From NCBI RefSeq assembly GCF_003991155.1, contig NZ_CP031293.1: a DNA stretch of 64,000 nt. The stretch is one strand, 5' to 3'. The translations under genes were made by a program, and so were the position numbers. The notes beneath the pieces are model-generated. The model saw nothing but the letters and a program-made list of their open reading frames with translations, ran no database searches and had not been told where the DNA came from. Shown here in pieces: positions 1 to 9,168 of the stretch (within the stretch, counting starts at the first letter, position 1; every line of letters starts with the position of its first letter). The stretch comes from Escherichia coli. GTDB taxonomy: Bacteria; Pseudomonadota; Gammaproteobacteria; Enterobacterales; Enterobacteriaceae.

Positions 1-153
1 CAGTAAATCGATAAACACATCTTCACTATCCAGCAGGAACGGGTTCATGCCGGCTTTAATAATTGCTTCTTCACGATAAGCGCGAGTGGTACGTTTTACT
101 GGCTCAATAACACGAATGCGGAACGGTTCAGGGAGATGTTTAAAGTTTTCCAT
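1..153 (-). CDS. tnaA: tryptophanase, N-terminal 51 codons only (gene runs off the window start)
   Basis: Minus-strand translation from ATG at 151-153 gives [51 protein letters not shown], the TnaA N-terminus with one substitution versus the K-12 protein as recalled; an in-frame ATG also lies 15 nt upstream. Confidence 0.85.
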   Translation of the reverse strand, partial: MENFKHLPEPFRIRVIEPVKRTTRAYREEAIIKAGMNPFLLDSEDVFIDLL

Positions 154-359
154 TACGTAATCCTTCATTTATTTTAAGGACAGAAAATTACGGAGATATT
201 GCAAATGCAATACCCGATAGTTCGCTAAAATATTTGCAAGAGACATCATTTATAAAAATGAATGATAGTCTTTACAAAAGCAGAAATAAGATATGCCAAA
301 CAGACAGGTTAGATGGAATTCAATCTATTTGACAAAAATGATGGTTACAGAAAGGCAAG

Positions 360-434
360 TTAAGGGTGGTGTTCAACAATCTTGTTGTCGATATTGAACC
401 ATTTTGAGGTCACACATATATGTAAGATATTCAT
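360..434 (-). CDS. tnaC: tna operon leader peptide (24 aa, MNILHICVTSKWFNIDNKIVEHHP)
   Basis: Own translation of minus strand; W12, D16 and terminal P24 are conserved; positions 21 and 23 differ from K-12 TnaC as recalled (DHRP); ~206 nt spacer to tnaA start. Confidence 0.8.
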   Translation of the reverse strand: MNILHICVTSKWFNIDNKIVEHHP

Positions 435-509
435 AATGCACTTATCCTCGAAAGACACGAGGTTACAGTATAATACTCAAGAAATTTGTCTATCCTGAAA
501 TTGTTTAAA

Positions 510-525
510 TGTGAATCGAATCACA
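510..525 (-). promoter_or_regulatory. CRP site TGTGAATCGAATCACA upstream of tnaC, with candidate -10 (TATACT/TATTAT) near 463-478
   Basis: Perfect TGTGA-N6-TCACA palindrome about 75-90 nt upstream of the tnaC ATG; the tna operon is known to be CRP-dependent. Confidence 0.6.
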
Positions 526-1488
526 GTTGGTTATTAGTGATATAAAATGACAATGATTTTGCATCATTAAAAATATTTATCAATTACGTTGATAAAACTA
601 TTACATGCAGGTGTTAATAAATGGTGATAAAAATGGTAAATGACAGAGATGTAATGTTGAAGATGATTCCTTGATGAGAATTATGTTCTACGGAAGTGGT
701 ACATCAACTTTTTGGGAAGGTATATAAATAAAGCAGAATAGATCACGTTTGGCACACATCTGATTACTCATGTAATTAACTAATTTCAGCACGGTTTTTC
801 TTGCTTTTTTAGAGTAATTAATATACCGATGCCCAAGATGAATATCATAAGAAATACTATCAAAATAATGTCTGGAATGAAATATTATACAGATGAATGA
901 TTGCGGTTACCTGATGATTTAAATAATGAATATGTGATTTGCTTGTTATATAAGAAAATTTAAATATTGCCGATAGTGTATTGAATAGTGCCTGCTTAAC
1001 GGGGTCCCCTGTTAAGTTGTCAAGCATGTTTATGAGACTGCTGGGGGATAAAAAGTCCCGGCACACATCCTGCTAACAGGACATCACTGCACTGTCTGAG
1101 CGATAAACGCTTGGTTGTGTCGTATTCCACGGCTCATTTTACGTGTGTAGTACGTTTGGGTATTGGTTTTCGGAGAGCAGCAAAGGCTGACAGGAACAAT
1201 GCCCGTTTGATGAGTTTATTGTCTCGTCTTGGCGGATGTTCGCCACATATTGATGAACCGTAACGCTAGGTAAAAAGGGGAAGCAAGACCCCACTGTTTC
1301 ACTTCAAAAGCCTTGCTTATGTAGAGTGATGAGATGGAGTGCCAGAAGGCCTGGAGTGGCAGAATAACGACTGCGGCATGCGTACCGGGAGCGATCATGG
1401 TTTGTTGTACCAGTGCCTGAGTGATGTCTGCCGCGGGGCGTTTTTCAAGATGAGGCTCAAGCTTGCAGGGCTGCCAGCTTCTTTTCAC

Positions 1489-2883
1489 TTAGCGAAGCCA
1501 GTTTTTCCGGCCTACGGCTACTCCCCGTAAGGCGTTCTCTGCGATGTTGTTGTCGATTTCCACCCAGCCATTGCTGCAGTACACGTTCAGGCCATCCCAC
1601 TGTTTCAGCAGGTATGCGAACGCTTTTGCCGTATCTGAGTGACGCGACAGTGTTTTCATCTGTTGCTGTATCCAGTCATACAGTGACTGCATCAGTGGCG
1701 CGGCTCTGGCTTTTCTTGCCGCCAGACGCTGTTCTGCTGAACAGCCCCGGACCTCTGCCTCGATGGCATACAGTTCACCGATACGCTGCAGGGCTTCCGT
1801 GGTGATGTAGGTGGGCGCTCTTGCATGCACATCGTGGATTTTTCTCCGGGCATGAGCCATACACGCGGCTTCCGTTATTCTGCCGGATTCGTATAACGCC
1901 CGGTAACCACCGTAAGCATCGGCCTGAAGCACACCGCTGTAACCGGCCAGGTGATTTTGTGGATGGATACCTTTCCGGTCCGGACTGTACGCGAACCAGA
2001 CCGCCGGGGGCATCTGTGAACCGGCGTTACGGTCATCACGGACGTAGACCCACAGCCGGGCTGTCCGGGTTTTACCGCTGCCCGGCTCCTGGACCGGGAC
2101 GGGGATATCATCAGCATGGACTTTACCGGGCATCAGCACATACTGGCGCAGGACGTCATACAGCGGCTCCAGCAGTTCAGCAACAGCACCTGTCCAGCGC
2201 CCCAGTGTGGCACGGCTCAGCTCCACTCCCTGACGACGGTATATTTCTGACTGGCGGTATAACGGCAGATGGTCTGCATATTTCCCGGTGACAACATGGG
2301 CCAGAAGCCCCGCTCCGGCATAACTGCGTGCAATGGGTTTTGAAGGTACTGGTGCCTGCACGATATGGTCGCACCGGCAACAGGCCTGTTTCGGACGTTG
2401 TGTTTCGATAACCTTAAAGGCGCTGCTGATAAGCTCCAGTTGCTCTGACACATCACATCCCAGAGAACTGAGTTCACCACCACAGGCAGGACAGCATTCC
2501 TCTTCCGGCCGGATAACCCGGGTTTCACGGGGAAGTGAGGCCGGTAACGGTTTACGGGCTGAAGACTGGCGCAGGGCGGATGGCAGTACCGGGTCATATT
2601 GCTCACCCAGCGTTTCCGCCATTTCTTCCTGAAGTGCGCTGATTCGCTCCTGTGCTTCCTGTATCTGCCGTTCGGTTTTTGCACGAAGTTTTTCTGAGCT
2701 TTTACCGAACTGCATACGTTGCAGTTTCGCAACCAGCGCCTTCAGCCGGTTGATTTCGGAAGCATAAGCCGCCACCCGCTGTGAGAGCAGGCGGTTGTAT
2801 TCAGCCATCTGGCGGATGGTGTCCTGTTGCGTCTGCAACAGTGCCCGCAGGCGGGCGTTCTCATGAGCAAGTGAGGTGTCCAT
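1489..2883 (-). CDS. IS66-family transposase TnpC (orfC), C-terminus apparently disrupted
   Basis: 464-aa ORF with zinc-finger-like CxxC pairs and DDE-region conservation; ends at KNWLR where family members continue; a 90-aa ORF (1216..1488) lies immediately downstream in the same orientation. Confidence 0.75.
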   Translation of the reverse strand: MDTSLAHENARLRALLQTQQDTIRQMAEYNRLLSQRVAAYASEINRLKALVAKLQRMQFGKSSEKLRAKTERQIQEAQERISALQEEMAETLGEQYDPVLPSALRQSSARKPLPASLPRETRVIRPEEECCPACGGELSSLGCDVSEQLELISSAFKVIETQRPKQACCRCDHIVQAPVPSKPIARSYAGAGLLAHVVTGKYADHLPLYRQSEIYRRQGVELSRATLGRWTGAVAELLEPLYDVLRQYVLMPGKVHADDIPVPVQEPGSGKTRTARLWVYVRDDRNAGSQMPPAVWFAYSPDRKGIHPQNHLAGYSGVLQADAYGGYRALYESGRITEAACMAHARRKIHDVHARAPTYITTEALQRIGELYAIEAEVRGCSAEQRLAARKARAAPLMQSLYDWIQQQMKTLSRHSDTAKAFAYLLKQWDGLNVYCSNGWVEIDNNIAENALRGVAVGRKNWLR

Positions 2884-2902
2884 ATCCTCACTTTACAACG
2901 GG

Positions 2903-3250
2903 TTATATGCGGATTCCAGCGCGTTCCGTTCGTTTCGGGTGCTTCCAGTTGATACCTTCAAGAAGCATGGATAACTGAGCCGGAGTAAGGTGCACCTTGC
3001 CGTCACGGGTGACTGGCCAGACGAAGCGGCCCCGCTCCAGGCGTTTGGTGAAGAGGCACAGTCCGTCACTGTCAGCCCACAACACTTTTATCTGGTCACC
3101 CCGGCGTCCGCGGAAGATGAACAGGTGTCCGGAGAACGGGTCATCCTTCAGGACGTTCTGAACTTTTGATGCCAGGCCGTTAAAGCCATTTCGCATATCG
3201 GTGATACCTGCAACCAGCCAGATACGCGAACCTGCAGGGAGAGATATCAT
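2903..3250 (-). CDS. IS66-family TnpB (orfB)
   Basis: 115-aa ORF MISLPAGSRIWLVAGITDMRNGFNGLA..., the characteristic IS66 Orf2 N-terminus. Confidence 0.8.
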   Translation of the reverse strand: MISLPAGSRIWLVAGITDMRNGFNGLASKVQNVLKDDPFSGHLFIFRGRRGDQIKVLWADSDGLCLFTKRLERGRFVWPVTRDGKVHLTPAQLSMLLEGINWKHPKRTERAGIRI

Positions 3251-3927
3251 CAGTGGCTGCTCCCTTTTATTTCGCGGATAAGTGTCTGTAATAACGCCGG
3301 CGTCAGTTTACCTTTAAGCCTGAGAGTTCCGGCCGGCAGAACCAGCTCACAACACAGACTGTCGGACGGTGTATTTATCTGCTCTGGTTCCTGTGCGGGG
3401 GCCGGGATTTTATTATCCGGCTCCGGCGTTAACGTCACGGGAAGCAGTGCCGGCATATTTTTTCCGGAAGGCAGCAGGCCACCTTTCCGGTATTGATGGC
3501 GCCAGTTGAAGAGCAGGTTATCGTTGATTCCGTTTTCCCGGGCGATCTGCGCCACACAGGCTCCGGGCTGCAGTGACTGCTCCACTAAGGCGATTTTAAA
3601 CTCATAAGGGAAGTTGGGCCGCCGGGGACGTTTTTTTACCACGGGGGCTTCGGATATAACGGTGCTTTCAGGACGTACGACTGGTACCGTGGAAAATTGT
3701 CCGTAAAGGCAGGCATCAAGTTCCTGCTCCGACATGCCTGCGGGCAAAGGCCACGAAAGGCCAGCTCTCCGAAAGCGCACGAACATACTACAAACTGTTG
3801 ATTTTGGTACACCCAGGCGACGCCCGGCCACAACCCGGGGTAAATGTTCTTCAAAGTGAAGACGTAAAGCTTCAGTGATCCAGGTCCGGTGTTTCATACG
3901 ATAGTGTCCATTAAAAATGATGGACAT
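3250..3927 (-). CDS. chimeric ORF: IS21-family IstA-like N-terminus (HTH + LSWPLPAGMSEQELDACLY) fused to IS66-family TnpA (orfA)
   Basis: C-terminal ~130 aa (PNFPYEFKIALVEQSLQPGACVAQIARENGINDNLLFNWR) is IS66 TnpA-like; N-terminal ~95 aa resembles IS21 IstA N-termini. Confidence 0.55.
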   Translation of the reverse strand: MSIIFNGHYRMKHRTWITEALRLHFEEHLPRVVAGRRLGVPKSTVCSMFVRFRRAGLSWPLPAGMSEQELDACLYGQFSTVPVVRPESTVISEAPVVKKRPRRPNFPYEFKIALVEQSLQPGACVAQIARENGINDNLLFNWRHQYRKGGLLPSGKNMPALLPVTLTPEPDNKIPAPAQEPEQINTPSDSLCCELVLPAGTLRLKGKLTPALLQTLIREIKGSSH

Positions 3928-3976
3928 TATTTTTGTAGAGCCGGAGGAAACAGACCAGACGGTTTAAATGAGCCGG

Positions 3977-4180
3977 TTACTTTCCCTCGCGCCATTGTTG
4001 TCGCCATTTGAACAACAGATTGGCGTTAATGCCATTTTCAAGAGCAAGTTTTGAGATGGATATCCCGGGTTCACAGGAGGCAGCAACGAGCTGCTGTTTA
4101 AATTCGGGAGGATAATTAGGGCAGCCTTTTCGCCTGCCGGGAGTCACATTTTTCTGCATATCTGACACTTTGGTTCCCAC
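3977..4180 (-). pseudogene. second IS66-family tnpA-like fragment (67 aa)
   Basis: PNYPPEFKQQLVAASCEPGISISKLALENGINANLLFKWRQQW is paralogous to the TnpA segment at 3250..3650; far shorter than intact TnpA. Confidence 0.5.
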
Positions 4181-4836
4181 TACTTATTTGGTGGACACCA
4201 CTTTGTCTAATTCGTCAGATTCTGACCAGACGGTTCAGGCTGTACGCTTACGTAGAACGCAGGTTCGTTTCGGTTCAGGATCGCGACAGTGCCCCCTCAC
4301 CTTCAGCTACAGTTCCCATAGAATTTTTTTCAGGTCAGTAATACTGGCTGCTGTTGTTGTCAGGATTTGATAGCTCATAAGCCCCGTTTGTCTTATTGGT
4401 ATAAGAGCATCTTTAAAAGCACTCTTAAAAGTACTCGTGTTGAAAAAACAGCCAGAACAAATGAAGTATGGCTCTTTCCGACAACTCTCTAAAACGTTCT
4501 GTAACACATTCTGAGCGTTTTTACGTCAGTTAGGCACGCCGCTCAGTGCTTCTGAGCGGCCTTGTTGCCGCGATCTGTTGTCCTGATCTTGATAAATGAA
4601 CATCAATACGGCGTTCCGTCAGTGTTTACAATAACTCCCAATTCATAACTACTTTTAACACATTTGTGTGATTCCCCCTTTCTGCTGAAAATATAGTTAT
4701 TTCCAATATAATCAATGAGTTTTATTAATTTGTTGATTTTTTTTTTCATGTTTTTTTTGTGATAATTATCATTTGAATGTGAATGTTGCTCCTGAATAAT
4801 GTTTATCAAAGTTGTCTGGTACGAGGGAGAAATTTC

Positions 4837-6099
4837 ATGGCTATCATCATGGGGATCATCGCTGACGATTTTACTGGCGCGACTGATATTGCCTGCTTTA
4901 TGGCAGAGAATGGTTTTCGGGTTGCGCTGTTGCCCGGTTTGCATGCACTCACGCAGTCATGGGATGAAGAGGCTGATGCAATAGTCATTTCACTGAAAAG
5001 TCGTTCATTACCCGCGAATCAGGCAATTGAGCAGACTTTGCTAAGTTATCATTGGTTGCGTGACTGTGCGGGGGCGCAGCAGATCTATTTCAAATATTGC
5101 TCAACATTTGATTCCACTGCAGATGGCAATATCGGCCCGGTCAGCGATGCACTGATGAAGGTGATGGGCACACCTTATGTCGTGCATTGTCCCGCTTTGC
5201 CCCAAAATGGCCGAACAGTTATCCATGGACATCTTTTTGTTAACGGTATACCCCTTAACGAATCCGGCATGGAAAAACACCCCCTGAATCCAATGACCGA
5301 CACTAACCTGCTGCGCGTACTGGCTGCACAAACCCCCAATAGAGTTGGTAATCTTGATCTGAGGACAGTTCAACAGGGCGAGCAAGCCATCACCACCGCA
5401 CTTTCCCGTTGTCAGGCTGAAGGGAAGCAACACATTATTGTCGATACATTAACTGAAAATGATCTGCAAAGCCTGGCAAATGTATTACGCCATACACCTT
5501 TACTGGCTGGGGGATCCGGACTGGGTGGGGCGTTAGCCGCTTTTTTACAGCAACATCCTTATACGCCAGCCTCCGCGTTTCCCAATCCTGCCAGAACGGT
5601 AATCTTCTCCGGAAGTTGTTCAGTGATGAGTAATCGACAGGTGGATGCTTATAAATCGCATGCAGCCACGCAGTTGCTTGATGTTGCTCGTTGTCTGGAC
5701 GATGGCAATAGATATATCGATCAATTACTTGAATGGACAATTGCGCACATCAATGATCCGCTTGCTCCGTTGATTTACGCCACTCAACCTGCGGATGTGT
5801 TGAAATCTATACAGCAAACCTGGGGTGAACACGCGGCAAGTAAAGCCATTGAACAAACTTTTGCGCAGCTTAGCCAAAAATTGCAGGTCGCGGGTGTCAA
5901 CACTTTTATTGTTGCTGGGGGAGAAACTTCCGGGACTGTAGTGGAAGCGCTAAATGTGAAACGGCTAACAGTGGGGAGCACTATTACGCCGGGCGTACCA
6001 TGGGTTTTTTCGGCAGAACCGCCCCTGGCACTGGCGCTGAAATCTGGCAATTTTGGGGAGCCTGATTTTTTCATTAAGGCTCAGGAGCATGGATTATGA
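4837..6099 (+). CDS. four-carbon acid-sugar kinase family protein (DUF1537; OtnK/YgbK-like 3-oxo-tetronate kinase homolog)
   Basis: N-terminal IADDFTGATD motif and overall length (420 aa) typical of DUF1537 kinases; RBS GAGGGAG upstream; stop overlaps next start. Confidence 0.75.
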   Translation: MAIIMGIIADDFTGATDIACFMAENGFRVALLPGLHALTQSWDEEADAIVISLKSRSLPANQAIEQTLLSYHWLRDCAGAQQIYFKYCSTFDSTADGNIGPVSDALMKVMGTPYVVHCPALPQNGRTVIHGHLFVNGIPLNESGMEKHPLNPMTDTNLLRVLAAQTPNRVGNLDLRTVQQGEQAITTALSRCQAEGKQHIIVDTLTENDLQSLANVLRHTPLLAGGSGLGGALAAFLQQHPYTPASAFPNPARTVIFSGSCSVMSNRQVDAYKSHAATQLLDVARCLDDGNRYIDQLLEWTIAHINDPLAPLIYATQPADVLKSIQQTWGEHAASKAIEQTFAQLSQKLQVAGVNTFIVAGGETSGTVVEALNVKRLTVGSTITPGVPWVFSAEPPLALALKSGNFGEPDFFIKAQEHGL

Positions 6100-6734
6100 G
6101 TGAACTCATCGAACAAAAATTACGTGAACAACTCGTCTATTACGGGCGTTCGCTCTTTATGCGCGGTTTCAGTAGTGGCGGTTCCGGCAATATCAGCGTC
6201 AAACTGGCTGAAGACCGTTTTTTGGTCACGCCGACCAATTCCTGTCTTGGCGAGTTAGATAGTGAAAGAGTGAGTCTTATCGATATTCATGGCAACCATA
6301 TCAGTGGTGATAAGCCGTCAAAAGAGGTGCCTATGCATCTTGCCTGGTATCGACATCGTCCGAACTGTGGAGCGGTGGTACATCTGCACTCGCCATGGCT
6401 GACGGCACTTTCGTGTTTACCTTGCACAACACCAGAGAATTGCTTACCGCCGCTCACTCCCTATTACGTGATGCGTGTGGGGAAATTACCATTATTGCCT
6501 TATTTCAAACCAGGACATGAGGATATCGCTACGGCATTAAGCCATATAGCGGCCGACTCTACCGCAGCTCTGTTGGCGAATCATGGCCCCGTTGTCAGCG
6601 GAAGAACATTGCGCGAAGCGGTATTTAATGCCGAAGAGCTGGAAGACAGTGCCCGTATCTGGCTGACCTTAAAACCACTTGGCTATGTTCCTCTTTCGGC
6701 AAAAGACATCGCTGAACTGGAACAGGCCAGATGA
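6096..6734 (+). CDS. class II aldolase/adducin-family protein (OtnC/YgbL-like decarboxylase/aldolase)
   Basis: 212 aa, SGGSGNISVK and HLHSPW metal-binding-type motifs; ATGA overlap with upstream kinase gene. Confidence 0.75.
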   Translation: MSELIEQKLREQLVYYGRSLFMRGFSSGGSGNISVKLAEDRFLVTPTNSCLGELDSERVSLIDIHGNHISGDKPSKEVPMHLAWYRHRPNCGAVVHLHSPWLTALSCLPCTTPENCLPPLTPYYVMRVGKLPLLPYFKPGHEDIATALSHIAADSTAALLANHGPVVSGRTLREAVFNAEELEDSARIWLTLKPLGYVPLSAKDIAELEQAR

Positions 6735-6749
6735 TAACGAGGTGAGAGG

Positions 6750-7556
6750 ATGATACCCGAGCAAAGGCGAGACTTTATTTACCGCTATGTCCATGAGAAA
6801 AACGTTGCTTCATTTAATGAACTGGCTGAGTTGATGAGCGTTTCGCATATGACAGTGCGTCGTGATATTCAATTACTGGAAGAAGAAGGCAAAGTTATTA
6901 CCATAAATGGCGGCGTTAAGCTGAACAACCAACTTAAATTGGAGTTACCGTGGCGAGAAAAAGCTGAACTGCATCATGATATTAAGCGTGACATGGGGCA
7001 GCTTGCTGCGATGTTGATCGAACCCGGGCAGACACTCTATTTAGATGCCGGAACCTCATTATTTGAGGTCGCAAAAGCAATCGTTGCCAGCCAGTGCTTT
7101 AATCTCACTATCGTGACAAATGATTTCTCTATCAGCCATTACCTGATGGATATGCAACATATCACGCTTTACCACACCGGGGGATTGGTAGATCAACGCA
7201 ATCGTTCTTGTTTGGGGAAAAGTGCAGCTGATTTTCTGCGCACGATTAATATCGATGTTGCATTTCTTAGCTCCTCTTCATGGGATACACAAAGAGGAAT
7301 GTCAACACCAAATGAAGGTAAAGCTACAGTGAAAGAGGCGGCGCTTACGGTCTCCCGTCGCCGCGTATTAGTGTGTGATAGCAGTAAATTCGGTAAATAC
7401 GGAATGTTCCATATATGCGAGCTCAGCCAATTGACCGATATCATTTCAGATAACCAGTTGCCTTTATCGGCGCAGGAAAGCATTACACAGCTGGGCGTGA
7501 AATTACATCTGGTTAATAGCCGGGAGGGAACGCAGCATGTTGAAGCTGGCGGCTAA
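6750..7556 (+). CDS. DeoR-family transcriptional regulator
   Basis: N-terminal HTH (FNELAELMSVSHMTVRRDIQLLEEEGKV) and C-terminal sugar-phosphate-binding-like domain. Confidence 0.8.
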   Translation: MIPEQRRDFIYRYVHEKNVASFNELAELMSVSHMTVRRDIQLLEEEGKVITINGGVKLNNQLKLELPWREKAELHHDIKRDMGQLAAMLIEPGQTLYLDAGTSLFEVAKAIVASQCFNLTIVTNDFSISHYLMDMQHITLYHTGGLVDQRNRSCLGKSAADFLRTINIDVAFLSSSSWDTQRGMSTPNEGKATVKEAALTVSRRRVLVCDSSKFGKYGMFHICELSQLTDIISDNQLPLSAQESITQLGVKLHLVNSREGTQHVEAGG

Positions 7557-8313
7557 TCTCGACTGGTTGTTCACAGAACTGCCGATGTCTGCACGGTTTC
7601 ATGCAGCCAGACGGGAGGGGTTTCGTGCTGTTGAAGGAATGTTTTTCTGTCAGCATTCTCTGGATATGCTGAGAATTGCGCAGCAAGAATCGGGAATGAG
7701 CGTGGTGCTGATGAATGCTCCGGCAGGTGACTGGCTACGAGGTGAGCGTGGCCTGGCTGCACTTCCTGGCCGCGATGATGAATACCTGAACAGTTTGCTC
7801 ATTGCCCGCCGATATGCAGGGACGCTGGGATGCAGGCAGGTTCATGTTATGGCGGGCCTTCGGGATCACTCTGTGACAGAAGATGAACAACTGGAGTTAC
7901 TGGTTAATCGCTTGTGCATAGCCTGCGATGTGCTGGCGGAAAAAGATATTACAGTATTAATCGAACCCCTGAATTCTGAAGATATGCCTGGCTATATTAT
8001 TAATAGCCTTCCTCGAGCAAAAGATATTATCCGGCGGGTTTCTCACCAAAATATTGGTTTGCAGTTTGATATTTATCATTGCCAGAAAATTCATGGTAAT
8101 GTCACCCAAAATATAGATAAATATTTATCAATAGTTAAGCATTTTCAGATTGCCTCTGTGCCTGGTCGCCACGAACCAGGTTCTGGTGAGCTAAATGATA
8201 CGTGGATATTAAATTTTATTAATCAAAAAAACTTCCAGGGCTGGATTGGCTGTGAGTATAAACCTTCCACACTGACAACCGAGTCATTACGCTGGATGAA
8301 ACCATATTTATAA
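7537..8313 (+). CDS. Hyi/OtnI-like TIM-barrel isomerase (hydroxypyruvate / 2-oxo-tetronate isomerase family)
   Basis: 258 aa; strong similarity to E. coli Hyi as recalled (AGDW..GERG, LIEPLN, GW(I/V)GCEYKP, LRWM.PY). Confidence 0.8.
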   Translation: MLKLAANLDWLFTELPMSARFHAARREGFRAVEGMFFCQHSLDMLRIAQQESGMSVVLMNAPAGDWLRGERGLAALPGRDDEYLNSLLIARRYAGTLGCRQVHVMAGLRDHSVTEDEQLELLVNRLCIACDVLAEKDITVLIEPLNSEDMPGYIINSLPRAKDIIRRVSHQNIGLQFDIYHCQKIHGNVTQNIDKYLSIVKHFQIASVPGRHEPGSGELNDTWILNFINQKNFQGWIGCEYKPSTLTTESLRWMKPYL

Positions 8314-8334
8314 AATCTTTTTCTGGAGGAAAAT

Positions 8335-9147
8335 ATGTCGGATACCGTCATAATTTCGTTGGCACCTGTGGCCGCAGACTGCACCAGAGTCATACCCGAA
8401 GAATTGGCGCAGGAAATTTTGGCTTGCGTTGAATATGGAGCAGCAATTGTTCATTTACACGTTCGTGATAAGCAAGGCAAGTTAACGCCAGATACAACCG
8501 ATTTCCAGTCAACCATTGATCTCGTCAGACATCAATCAGACTTAATTATTCAGGCTTCTACGGGCGGAGTCTCTGCCATGTCAATAGCCGAGCGTTGCGC
8601 GCCTCTGGACTGCCCTGGCGTTGAAATGGCGTCGCTGAATGTAGGGTCGGTGAACCTTGGTGATGCCGTCTACGCTAATCCAACACCGGATGTCGAATAT
8701 TGTTCACAGCAAATTACCGCGCGTAGTATTGTTCCTGAATTTGAAGTGTTTGAAATTGGAATGGTTAATAATATTTTAACCCTCAATGAAAAGATAAAAT
8801 TCAGAAACCCCATGTTATTTAATATTGTACTTGGTCATAGAGGAAGTTCTCCGGCGACAATAGATGCATTAATTGCGATGCGCAGTATGATCCCGCGAGA
8901 TGCATTATGGGGTATTACTCACTTTGGCAGAAAGAATTTTGATGTTATTGCTGCTGCGGTAGCTATGGGAGCTAGCGAGGTCAGAATTGGTTTTGAAGAT
9001 AGTTATTATTTAAGTGCAGAGGAGATGGCGGAACAAAATTATCAGCAAGTTAAAAAACTCGCCAGACTTATTCGTAGTATGGATAAACAAGTGGCCTCAC
9101 CGGAAATTGCCCGACGGATATTAAATATCCCAATCCGGCAGCAATGA
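8335..9147 (+). CDS. DUF849 / BKACE-family beta-keto acid cleavage enzyme
   Basis: 270 aa with HLHVRD motif characteristic of 3-keto-5-aminohexanoate cleavage enzyme family; good RBS (GGAGGAAAA). Confidence 0.7.
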   Translation: MSDTVIISLAPVAADCTRVIPEELAQEILACVEYGAAIVHLHVRDKQGKLTPDTTDFQSTIDLVRHQSDLIIQASTGGVSAMSIAERCAPLDCPGVEMASLNVGSVNLGDAVYANPTPDVEYCSQQITARSIVPEFEVFEIGMVNNILTLNEKIKFRNPMLFNIVLGHRGSSPATIDALIAMRSMIPRDALWGITHFGRKNFDVIAAAVAMGASEVRIGFEDSYYLSAEEMAEQNYQQVKKLARLIRSMDKQVASPEIARRILNIPIRQQ

Positions 9148-9168
9148 CGACAGACAGGACATTTTACT

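Larger units (their letters stand above)
1216..4251 (-). mobile_element. IS66-family insertion sequence, degenerate and composite (tnpA-like, tnpB, tnpC, plus an extra tnpA-like fragment and an IS21-derived segment)
   Basis: Three consecutive minus-strand ORFs with IS66 TnpA/TnpB/TnpC hallmarks, ATGA stop/start overlap at 3250, GTAAGCG-type terminus on the minus strand at 4245-4251; right boundary unclear. Confidence 0.7.

Noticed and set aside
860-1066. 68-aa minus-strand ORF upstream of the tna promoter
   Set aside because: In AT-rich non-coding-looking DNA, no RBS or recognisable family; likely spurious
1614-2732. Plus- and minus-strand ORFs overlapping the IS66 transposase gene
   Set aside because: Alternative frames of tnpC with no independent support
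4603-4944. 113-aa minus-strand ORF overlapping the operon start
   Set aside because: Its lysine run is simply the poly-A complement of the promoter T tracts, and it overlaps the well-supported kinase start
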